Assembly (NCBI GenBank): GCA_039195015.1
Contig: JBCCVT010000001.1
Span: forward strand, 1-47,135
Reading direction: 5' to 3'
DNA from: Pseudomonadota bacterium
Lineage (GTDB): Bacteria > Pseudomonadota > Alphaproteobacteria > Rhodobacterales > Rhodobacteraceae
Length of the DNA stretch: 47,135 nucleotides
A program made the position numbers and the translations under genes. Below, one piece after another: positions 27,482-35,057 of this stretch; the first letter of the stretch is position 1, and each line of letters begins with the position of its first letter. The notes beneath the pieces are model-generated. The model was not told the DNA's origin. It made no database searches and saw only the letters and a program-made list of their open reading frames with translations.

Positions 27482-28174
27482 ATGAAAATCATTTGGTTGG
27501 GTCATGGCAGTTTCCGTATCGAAACCTCAAATCAGGTGCTGTTGATCGATCCATGGCTCACCGGGAACCCGGTTCTGCCCGAGGATCAGCACGAGGCGGC
27601 CGTCGCTGGTGCCACGCATATCCTTTTGACGCATACGCATTTCGACCATGTGGCAGATGTCCTGCCGCTTGCCAAATCGCTCAAGGTACCGGTTGTCGGG
27701 CAATACGATCTGATGGGGATCTGGGCCGAAACCGAAGGGATCGAGACCATCGGCTACAACAAAGGCGGAACCGTCGATCTGGGCGGCGTGCATGTGAGCA
27801 TGGTGAACGCGGTCCATTCGTCGACCTTTGCGACGCCCGAGGGGCTTCGAACAGGCGGGACCGAATGCGGGTACATGTTACGGTGTGAGGACCGCACAAC
27901 CTATGTCAGTGGCGACACCGATATCATGGCGGATATGGAGTGGATGGGGGATTACTACAAACCCGATATTGGCATCCTTTGCGCAGGCGGGCATTTCACA
28001 ATGGACATGGCCAAGGCGGCCTATGCCGCGAAACGCTACTTTGACTTCAAGACCGTTATCCCCTGCCACTACAAGACGTTCCCACTGCTTGAACAATCGG
28101 CGCAGGAGCTGATCGACAAATTGCCCGGTGTAAACGTGATCGAACCGCAGGTGATGCAGACCATCGATCTCTAG
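27482..28174 (+). CDS. Metal-dependent hydrolase, MBL fold (UPF0173-like)
   Basis: From ATG 27482, preceded by AAGGAGGA, the product reads MKIIWLGHGSFRIETSNQVLLIDPWL...LLTHTHFDHVADV. Confidence 0.8.
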   Translation: MKIIWLGHGSFRIETSNQVLLIDPWLTGNPVLPEDQHEAAVAGATHILLTHTHFDHVADVLPLAKSLKVPVVGQYDLMGIWAETEGIETIGYNKGGTVDLGGVHVSMVNAVHSSTFATPEGLRTGGTECGYMLRCEDRTTYVSGDTDIMADMEWMGDYYKPDIGILCAGGHFTMDMAKAAYAAKRYFDFKTVIPCHYKTFPLLEQSAQELIDKLPGVNVIEPQVMQTIDL

Positions 28175-28207
28175 CGGGCGACCAGGACCGTTGACATGCC
28201 TTTGGCG

Positions 28208-28648
28208 TCAGCTTTCGTGGCGCGCGGCGCTGCCAGCGACGTCGCAGGCGCGGTTGGTTTCGGGATCAATCTCGATCCCAGGTGATATGCCGTGCCGTCC
28301 ATGCAACGCCGCCACGTCGGCGCGCCGAAGATCCACGCAGAGTGCGTAGCCATTTGCGTCTGGATCAACGGAGTAGTGCACCCAGTCCCGTGCCAAGTCG
28401 GCCCCGTATCCAGACATGTTAAACGACTTGCTGCAGTAGCCGTTCAATGCGCCGATTGTCAGTTCAGATGGAAAGACCGCTTCGCCGGAGGGGCAATCGA
28501 GGTGGCGTGACACGGCCTCCAGCAGAGCCAATCGCGTGGTGTCCTCCCGTTCCGCCCGCGCCTGACCGGGGCCGCCCGCGACACGGAACCCAAACGCGAC
28601 GGCACGGGCCAATAGCAGGCCGCATGTCAGAGTAAGCGCGCGGGTCAT
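28208..28648 (-). CDS. Hypothetical secreted protein (four Cys)
   Basis: From ATG 28648 the product starts MTRALTLTCGLLLARAVAFG, which looks like a signal peptide. The start has an ATGA overlap with the upstream gene's stop. I recognise no motif. Confidence 0.5.
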   Translation of the reverse strand: MTRALTLTCGLLLARAVAFGFRVAGGPGQARAEREDTTRLALLEAVSRHLDCPSGEAVFPSELTIGALNGYCSKSFNMSGYGADLARDWVHYSVDPDANGYALCVDLRRADVAALHGRHGISPGIEIDPETNRACDVAGSAARHES

Positions 28649-29274
28649 GGGGCGTCTGAACGTTCGACATCGTGCCAGCAATACACAAAAGCGGTCCCAG
28701 CCACGATCGCCACAACGGTCGCTTTGGCAACAAAATGTAACGTCACCTCGCCGGAAAACAGTCTGAAAAGCGTGGTCACCAGATCACCGAGCAGCACGGC
28801 TGCCGCGATTAACAGCGCGCCGTAGGTCATCCACTTGCGAATTGCCGATCGCCGCCGCCCTGGCTCCACAGCGAGGGAATTGAGATCTCGGCGCGTGAGC
28901 AGAACAAAGACAGGGGTTGAAACAAGAAGCACAGCCAGGGACCAGCGGATCCCTGACAGCGAACCGCCAAGATAGTCGCCCTCGGTGCGGAACCAGAGAT
29001 CTATCAGTTCGTGCGTCAGGTAAACCAGATGGCCTGCCGTGAAGACCATAGCGCCGAAGAGCAGCGTGTAGAGGAAGAAGTCCCGCGCCGACACCAGCGC
29101 GCGCGGTCTTGGAACCGGCGGGCGAAAGGTGGTGTCGGCCCACGCGTCGAGTGCGCCACTTATCTCATCCGGAGACCAGCCTGCATCCGAGAGGGTCCGG
29201 CTGATGTCCGGGCGGGCATGGCCTTCGTTGAGCGCTTCACGTACAAAGTCATATAGATCATTCGACTTGGCCAT
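28645..29274 (-). CDS. Membrane protein, DUF5671-like
   Basis: The 209-aa product has a soluble N-terminus (MAKSNDLYDFVREALNEGHARPDISRTLSDAGWSPDEISGALDAW) followed by four predicted TM helices. The gene begins immediately after the tadA stop. Confidence 0.55.
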   Translation of the reverse strand: MAKSNDLYDFVREALNEGHARPDISRTLSDAGWSPDEISGALDAWADTTFRPPVPRPRALVSARDFFLYTLLFGAMVFTAGHLVYLTHELIDLWFRTEGDYLGGSLSGIRWSLAVLLVSTPVFVLLTRRDLNSLAVEPGRRRSAIRKWMTYGALLIAAAVLLGDLVTTLFRLFSGEVTLHFVAKATVVAIVAGTAFVYCWHDVERSDAP

Positions 29275-29733
29275 TTAGCTGCCTTTCCGCTTCGGTCGGA
29301 AAAAGTCGCGCAATAGGGCTGCTGCCTGTTCGGCAGCTATCCCGTCATAAACCTCGGGCACATGATGGGCTTGTGCGTGTGAAAAGATCCGCGCGCCATG
29401 GGCCACGCCGCCGGATTTGGGATCGTCCGCACCGTAATACAGTCGCGCGATCCGTGCAGCCGCGATCGCCGCGGCGCACATCGCGCATGGCTCAAGCGTC
29501 ACGTAAAGATCATGGCCCGGCAGACGTTGCGAGCCAACCTCGGCACAGGCGGCGCGGATGACCAGAAGTTCTGCATGCGCCGTCGGATCATGCAGCTCGC
29601 GCGTCCGGTTGCCGTCCCGCGCGACCACCCGACCGTCCGGATCCACGAGGACGGCACCGACAGGCACCTCTCCCCGTCGCGCGGCATCCTCAGCTTCGCG
29701 CAGTGCCAGATCCATATGTGATCGGAACGTCAT
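29275..29733 (-). CDS. tadA: tRNA adenosine(34) deaminase
   Basis: From ATG 29733 the product reads MTFRSHMDLALREAEDAARRGEVPVGAVLV...TAHAELLVIR...TLEPCAMCAAAI (HAE and PCxxC zinc motifs). The longer track ORF (to 30018) overlaps the divergent rluB. Confidence 0.85.
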   Translation of the reverse strand: MTFRSHMDLALREAEDAARRGEVPVGAVLVDPDGRVVARDGNRTRELHDPTAHAELLVIRAACAEVGSQRLPGHDLYVTLEPCAMCAAAIAAARIARLYYGADDPKSGGVAHGARIFSHAQAHHVPEVYDGIAAEQAAALLRDFFRPKRKGS

Positions 29734-29796
29734 GCGGCGCACCCTGCCCTGCGCGGGTAGCTGGCGCAACCGCGCGGAATGGTCTAAGGCCGGCGC

Positions 29797-30609
29797 ATGT
29801 CCAACTCGCCCCCTCCCGGAGATCGCATCGCAAAGGTCCTGTCGCGCGCGGGCGTTGCCTCGCGACGCGAGGCGGAACGCATGATCGCTGAAGGCCGCGT
29901 CTCGGTGAACGGGAAGAACATCGACAGCCCCGCGTTGAACGTGACCGAGCAGGACCGCATCGCAGTGGACGGCAAGCCTGTTTCCGCACCCGATCATGCG
30001 CGCCTTTGGCTCTACCACAAACCGGTGGGACGGGTAACGACAACCCGCGACGAACAGGGCCGGCCAACCATCTTCGATGATTTGCCGCCGGACCTACCGC
30101 GGGTGATGACGGTCGGGCGTCTGGACCTCAATTCCGAAGGTTTATTGCTCCTCACCAATGACGGCGGCATCAAACGCCGGCTAGAGCTGCCTTCGACCGG
30201 CTGGTTGCGTCGGTACCGCGTGCGGCTCAAAGGGCGTCCTCAGGACAGCGATTTCGACCCGTTGCGCAATGGGCTCCACGTCGAGGGTGAAGATTTCCAG
30301 CCCATGACTGTCACTCTCGACAGGCAGCAAGGGGCGAATGCCTGGATCACGGTTGCGCTGCGCGAGGGCAAAAATCGCGAAATCCGCCGCGCGATGGAGG
30401 CAATCGGCTTTGCTGTAAACCGCCTGATCCGCGTGTCGTATGGCCCTTTCCAGCTTGGCAATCTGAAACCAAGCGCGGTCGAAGAGATCCGTCGGCGCGT
30501 CCTTCGCGACCAACTCGGCCTTGATGGCGAGACCGGCAAGACGGGTAAGGACGGTACCGCAAAGCCGCGCCCGAAACGCACACGTTCGTCGCCGCGCCGC
30601 CGAACGTGA
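29797..30609 (+). CDS. rluB: RluB/RsuA-family rRNA pseudouridine synthase
   Basis: It has an S4 domain (RIAKVLSRAGVASRREAERMIAEGRVSVNGK), the catalytic GRLDLNSEGLLLLTNDG, and a basic C-terminal tail. Confidence 0.85.
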   Translation: MSNSPPPGDRIAKVLSRAGVASRREAERMIAEGRVSVNGKNIDSPALNVTEQDRIAVDGKPVSAPDHARLWLYHKPVGRVTTTRDEQGRPTIFDDLPPDLPRVMTVGRLDLNSEGLLLLTNDGGIKRRLELPSTGWLRRYRVRLKGRPQDSDFDPLRNGLHVEGEDFQPMTVTLDRQQGANAWITVALREGKNREIRRAMEAIGFAVNRLIRVSYGPFQLGNLKPSAVEEIRRRVLRDQLGLDGETGKTGKDGTAKPRPKRTRSSPRRRT

Positions 30610-30692
30610 CTACGGCGCTCGCCGTTTACCCCTAGCAAGCGCGGCCTGCATTGCTTACCTTCGACACACATCCGGGGAGTTGGAGGCGGCCT

Positions 30693-30782
30693 ATGTCCCG
30701 CAACATATTGCAGAACCTAGCCTATGCGGCGTTGCTCGTCGTATTGTTCGGGGTCTGCACCGGCTGGCTCGGGGGGCTCTGA
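30693..30782 (+). CDS. Candidate 29-aa single-TM small protein
   Basis: It is not in the track because it is under 60 aa. The ATG is preceded by GGAGG at 6-nt spacing. The product is MSRNILQNLAYAALLVVLFGVCTGWLGGL, and the stop lies 4 nt before the next gene's ATG. Confidence 0.35.
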   Translation: MSRNILQNLAYAALLVVLFGVCTGWLGGL

Positions 30783-30786
30783 ATTT

Positions 30787-31683
30787 ATGGCCGAAAGATA
30801 CGGCGGAAAATACAGCCCCGGCGACGCACCCAAAGGTGCTGACGGCGCGCCCACGGCAGAACGCAGCGCCTATCGCGGGGCAAAGGTCGACCCGGCCGGA
30901 ACGCGGGCCAACGTGCTCTTTGTACCACCCGTGGTGCTGGGGGCCATGTCGCTAAATGATGGCGCTCTCGGTCTTGGGCTTGGCATGGCGGGTGCGGCTG
31001 TTCTTCTTCTGGCGGCTTGGCTATTGCGTGAAGGCCTGCGAGCCGAGGTGGCCTTTCATGCGCGCAAGGTGGCGCGTCGCCCGGCCTTTCCGCGCAAGAT
31101 GGCTGCTGCTGCGCTGACCGGGATCGGCGTGGCTCTAGCTGCATACAAATCTGAACCCGGGCTGATTGCACCGCTGATTTTCGGGGGTGTTGCCGGGGCC
31201 CTTCATATTGCGGCCTTTGGCCTCGACCCGATGCGCGACAAGGGCATGGAGGGTATCGATGCCTTTGAACAAAACCGCGTGGCCCGCGTCGTCGATGAGG
31301 CCGAAGAGTATCTGAGCGAGATGCATGATGCTATCGCGCGCGCCGAAGATCGCCAGCTCGAGCTGCGGGTCGAACGCTTCCAGATCGCCGCGCGAGAGCT
31401 GTTCCGCACGGTCGAAGAAGATCCCCGCGATCTGACCGGCGCTCGCAAATATATGACGGTCTACCTTATGGGTGCGCGTGACGCGACCATCAAATTCGCC
31501 GATTTCTACGCCCGCAGCCGCGACACCAAGGCGCGCACCGACTATGTCGCGCTGCTCGACGACCTTGAACAGAACTTCGCGGCGCGCACCGCCAAGATGC
31601 TCAACGATGACCGCAGCGACCTGACTGTCGAAATCGACGTTTTGCGCGAACGTTTGGACCGTGAAGGCGTTCGAACCGAGTGA
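30787..31683 (+). CDS. XpaC-like (5-bromo-4-chloroindolyl phosphate hydrolysis family) membrane protein
   Basis: From ATG 30787 the product starts MAERYGGKYSPGD... It has N-terminal TM helices and then a helical cytoplasmic part (...ARKYMTVYLMGARDATIKFADFY...). It sits directly upstream of telA, as in the known xpaC/telA-like pairs. Confidence 0.65.
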   Translation: MAERYGGKYSPGDAPKGADGAPTAERSAYRGAKVDPAGTRANVLFVPPVVLGAMSLNDGALGLGLGMAGAAVLLLAAWLLREGLRAEVAFHARKVARRPAFPRKMAAAALTGIGVALAAYKSEPGLIAPLIFGGVAGALHIAAFGLDPMRDKGMEGIDAFEQNRVARVVDEAEEYLSEMHDAIARAEDRQLELRVERFQIAARELFRTVEEDPRDLTGARKYMTVYLMGARDATIKFADFYARSRDTKARTDYVALLDDLEQNFAARTAKMLNDDRSDLTVEIDVLRERLDREGVRTE

Positions 31684-31719
31684 CCCCCTTTTTCAAAGAG
31701 TATCGAAGGACCCAAATTT

Positions 31720-32910
31720 ATGTCTGACACCGTCCGCAAAAAGGCCCAGGACGCCGAGGCAATTGTCAAGGAAGTCAATGCCATCGCACTGCCCGAACCC
31801 AAGGCCGAAATCGTTCCGATGCAGGAAGCCGATGCCGCCGCACGCGCCGAAATCGAACGGCGCATGGCCGAGCTCGACATGGAAAACACCGGATCGATCG
31901 TGTCCTTCGGATCGTCCGCGCAGGCCGAACTGCAAGAGATCAGTCAGGCGATGCTTGCAGATGTGCGCAACAAGGATGTGGGCCCCGCCGGTGACAGCCT
32001 GCGCGACATCGTCACGACGATCCGGGGGTTCTCGGTCGACGAGCTGGACGTGCGGCGCAAGCAAAGCTGGTGGGAACGGTTGCTGGGCAAGGCCGCTCCA
32101 ATGGCCAAGTTCACTGCGAAATTCGAAAGTGTGCAGGGCCAGATCGACAAGATCACAGATGATCTTCTGTCGCATGAGCACACACTTTTGAAGGATATCA
32201 AGTCGCTCGATCTTCTCTACGAAAAGACCCTCGGGTTTTATGATGAACTGGCGCTCTACATCGCGGCGGGCGAAGCGAAGATTGCCGAGCTCGACACCAC
32301 GACGATCCCGGCCAAGGAAGCGGAAGTGAACGCCGCGCCGGAAGAGGACCAGGTGATGAAAGCGCAGGAGCTGCGCGACATGCGAGCGGCACGCGACGAT
32401 CTGGAACGCCGCGTGCACGACCTGAAACTGACCCGCCAGGTGACGATGCAATCGCTGCCGTCGATCCGGTTGGTGCAGGAAAATGACAAGTCGCTTGTCA
32501 CCAAGATCAATTCGACGCTCGTCAACACGGTGCCGCTTTGGGAAACACAGCTGGCGCAGGCGGTCACCATCCAACGCAGCGCCGAGGCCGCGAAGGCCGT
32601 CAAAGACGCCAACGATCTGACCAACGAGCTGCTCACCGCAAACGCCGCGAACCTGCGCGAATCGAACAAGATGATCCGGCAGGAGATGGAGCGCGGTGTT
32701 TTTGACATCGAAGCCGTCAAGCAAGCCAACGAGGACCTGATCGGAACGATCCAGGAAAGTCTACAGATCGCCGACGAAGGCAAGGCGCGCCGCGCCGCCG
32801 CCGAGGACGAATTGCAGAAGATGGAAGCCGAGCTGCGCGACACGCTGGCCGCCGCAAAGGCCCGCCAAGACGGAACCGGCGACAATGCGGCCACGTCGGT
32901 GCCAAACTGA
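31720..32910 (+). CDS. telA: TelA-like toxic anion resistance protein
   Basis: The 396-aa all-helical product contains ...TGSIVSFGSSAQAELQEISQAMLADVRNKDVGPAGDSL...LLSHEHTLLKDIKSLDLLYEK..., typical of the TelA/YaaN family. Confidence 0.85.
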   Translation: MSDTVRKKAQDAEAIVKEVNAIALPEPKAEIVPMQEADAAARAEIERRMAELDMENTGSIVSFGSSAQAELQEISQAMLADVRNKDVGPAGDSLRDIVTTIRGFSVDELDVRRKQSWWERLLGKAAPMAKFTAKFESVQGQIDKITDDLLSHEHTLLKDIKSLDLLYEKTLGFYDELALYIAAGEAKIAELDTTTIPAKEAEVNAAPEEDQVMKAQELRDMRAARDDLERRVHDLKLTRQVTMQSLPSIRLVQENDKSLVTKINSTLVNTVPLWETQLAQAVTIQRSAEAAKAVKDANDLTNELLTANAANLRESNKMIRQEMERGVFDIEAVKQANEDLIGTIQESLQIADEGKARRAAAEDELQKMEAELRDTLAAAKARQDGTGDNAATSVPN

Positions 32911-32930
32911 CAGGACGCGGAGGCAACCCC

Positions 32931-33869
32931 ATGTCGCGCCTGGCGGGAGCTTTGGGACTGGCCGTTTTTTTGGCCGGTTGCGAAGTCTCTCCACCCGTCC
33001 AGCCCGTGCCCGTGCCTCCGTCGCGACCGGCGGGTCTGGCCCAACGGGCCGAGCCATCGGATATCAGCAAGAACCTCCAACTCTACTATGCACGGTTGGA
33101 GAACGATTTGGTCGCCCGCGGGCTTCTGCGCACTGATGGCGGCGGTCCGGACACGCCCTTTGACGCAGACGACCTCGAGCGAAACTTCGAAACAATCGTC
33201 TTCTTTGACGAATACCGCGCCGGAGCGGGCCTGTCGTCGCGTGGTGCCGGTGAAAGCGGGCGGTTGCGTCGCTGGGACGGTCCGGTGCGCATGAATGTTG
33301 AATTTGGCCGGTTTTCGACGCCGCAGACCCGTACGCGCAACCGGAACGACGTTGCCGCCTACGCCGCGCGGCTGGCGCGGGTGACGGGGCATCCGATCTC
33401 GGTCACCAGCCGGTCGCCAAATTTCAACGTCTTCTTCATGAGCTATGACGACGACGCCCTCTTGCAGTCGCGGCTACGCGCGGTTGTGCCCAATATCAGC
33501 GACAGCACGCTCGCAATTTTTCGCGATCTGCCACGCACCATCCATTGCCTGGTGGTGGCGTTTTCCGACAACAGCGCTCCGCAGAGCTACACGCGGGCCG
33601 TCGCCCTGATCCGCGCCGAGCACCCGGACCTGATCCGCCGTTCCTGCATTCACGAAGAACTCGCGCAAGGGCTTGGGCTTGCCAATGACAGCCCGGCGGC
33701 GCGCCCGTCGATCTTCAACGACGATGACGAATTCGCCCTGCTCACCACGCATGACGAATTCCTGCTGCAAATGCTTTATGATCCGCGCCTGACATCTGGC
33801 ATGACCGCCAGTGAGGCGCGCGGCCCCATCCGCGTGATCGCGCGCGGGCTTCTGGGGCAGGATCTGTGA
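32931..33869 (+). CDS. Lipoprotein, DUF2927-like
   Basis: It starts MSRLAGALGLAVFLAGC (lipobox) and GGAGG precedes the ATG. The family name is from memory of Rhodobacterales annotations. It contains CIHEELAQGLGLANDS. Confidence 0.55.
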   Translation: MSRLAGALGLAVFLAGCEVSPPVQPVPVPPSRPAGLAQRAEPSDISKNLQLYYARLENDLVARGLLRTDGGGPDTPFDADDLERNFETIVFFDEYRAGAGLSSRGAGESGRLRRWDGPVRMNVEFGRFSTPQTRTRNRNDVAAYAARLARVTGHPISVTSRSPNFNVFFMSYDDDALLQSRLRAVVPNISDSTLAIFRDLPRTIHCLVVAFSDNSAPQSYTRAVALIRAEHPDLIRRSCIHEELAQGLGLANDSPAARPSIFNDDDEFALLTTHDEFLLQMLYDPRLTSGMTASEARGPIRVIARGLLGQDL

Positions 33870-33900
33870 CCGAACAAGACTAAAGGGAAGGACCAAATCC

Positions 33901-35037
33901 ATGGGTATTTTCGATTTCCTGACCGGCGAATTCATCGACGTGATCCACTGGGTCGACGACACGCGGGACACGATGGTCTGGCGGTTCGAACGCGAAGGGC
34001 ACGAGATCAAATACGGCGCCAAGCTGACCGTCCGCGAGGGCCAGTCGGCGGTCTTTGTGCACGAGGGCCAGCTGGCGGATGTGTTCACGCCGGGTCTCTA
34101 TATGCTTGAGACCAATAACATGCCGGTGATGACGACTCTGCAGCACTGGGATCACGGGTTCAAAAGCCCGTTCAAATCCGAGATCTACTTTGTGAACACC
34201 ACCCGGTTCAATGATCTGAAATGGGGCACCAAGAACCCGATCATGCTGCGCGATCCGGAATTTGGCCCGACCCGTATCCGTGCCTTTGGGACCTATTCGA
34301 TCCGGGTGACCGAACCCGCCAAGTTCCTGACCGAGATCGTCGGCACCGATGGTGAATTCACAATGGACGAGATCAGCTTTCAGATCCGCAACATCATCGT
34401 GCAGGAGTTCAGCCGGGTTGTCGCCGGATCCGGCATTCCGGTTCTGGACATGGCCGCCAACACCGCCGATCTGGGCAAGCTGATCGCGTCCGAGACTGCG
34501 CCGACGCTGGCCGAATACGGGCTGGTGGCACCGGAACTTTACATCGAAAACATTTCTCTGCCGCCCGCAGTCGAAAAGGCTTTGGACAAGCGCACGTCCA
34601 TGGGGCTGGCAGGCGATCTGGGCAAGTTCACCCAGTATTCGGCAGCCGAGGCGATGACTGCCGCAGCGAACAACCCCGCTGGCGGCGGCATGGCCGCCGG
34701 AATTGGCGCAGGCATGGGCATGGCGATGGCACAGCAGCTTGGCCAGTCGGGGCCATGGGGGGCGTCGCCAGCGCCTGCATCATCGCAGCCGCCGGCGCGT
34801 GCGGCCGCTCCGGTGCCACCACCGCCTCCGGTGGAACATGTCTGGCACATTGCCGAGGGCGGCGTGACCAAGGGGCCGTTCTCCAAGGCGCGGCTGGGCC
34901 GTATGGCCACCGAAGGCGACATCACCCGCGACACTTATGTCTGGACGGCCGGTCAGGACGGCTGGAAACGGGCCGAGGATGTCCAGGAACTCGCGCAGCT
35001 GTTCACCATCCTGCCGCCGCCACCGCCGGGGGCGTAG
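33901..35037 (+). CDS. SPFH (YdjI/Band_7_1-type) domain protein fused to a C-terminal GYF_2 domain
   Basis: The N-terminus MGIFDFLTGEFIDVIHWVDDTRDTMVWRF... is typical of YdjI-like SPFH proteins. A G/A/P-rich linker follows, then HVWHIAEGGVTKGPFSKARLGRMATEGDITRDTYVWTAGQDGWKRAEDVQELAQLF (GYF_2 pattern). Confidence 0.8.
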   Translation: MGIFDFLTGEFIDVIHWVDDTRDTMVWRFEREGHEIKYGAKLTVREGQSAVFVHEGQLADVFTPGLYMLETNNMPVMTTLQHWDHGFKSPFKSEIYFVNTTRFNDLKWGTKNPIMLRDPEFGPTRIRAFGTYSIRVTEPAKFLTEIVGTDGEFTMDEISFQIRNIIVQEFSRVVAGSGIPVLDMAANTADLGKLIASETAPTLAEYGLVAPELYIENISLPPAVEKALDKRTSMGLAGDLGKFTQYSAAEAMTAAANNPAGGGMAAGIGAGMGMAMAQQLGQSGPWGASPAPASSQPPARAAAPVPPPPPVEHVWHIAEGGVTKGPFSKARLGRMATEGDITRDTYVWTAGQDGWKRAEDVQELAQLFTILPPPPPGA

Positions 35038-35057
35038 GATCCGCAGCATTCGCCGCG

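Noticed and set aside
31693-33392. Two long minus-strand ORFs (343 aa and 378 aa) across telA and the lipoprotein gene
   Set aside because: Both lie antisense to well-supported + strand genes with SDs and family motifs. Their composition is arginine/serine-rich nonsense.
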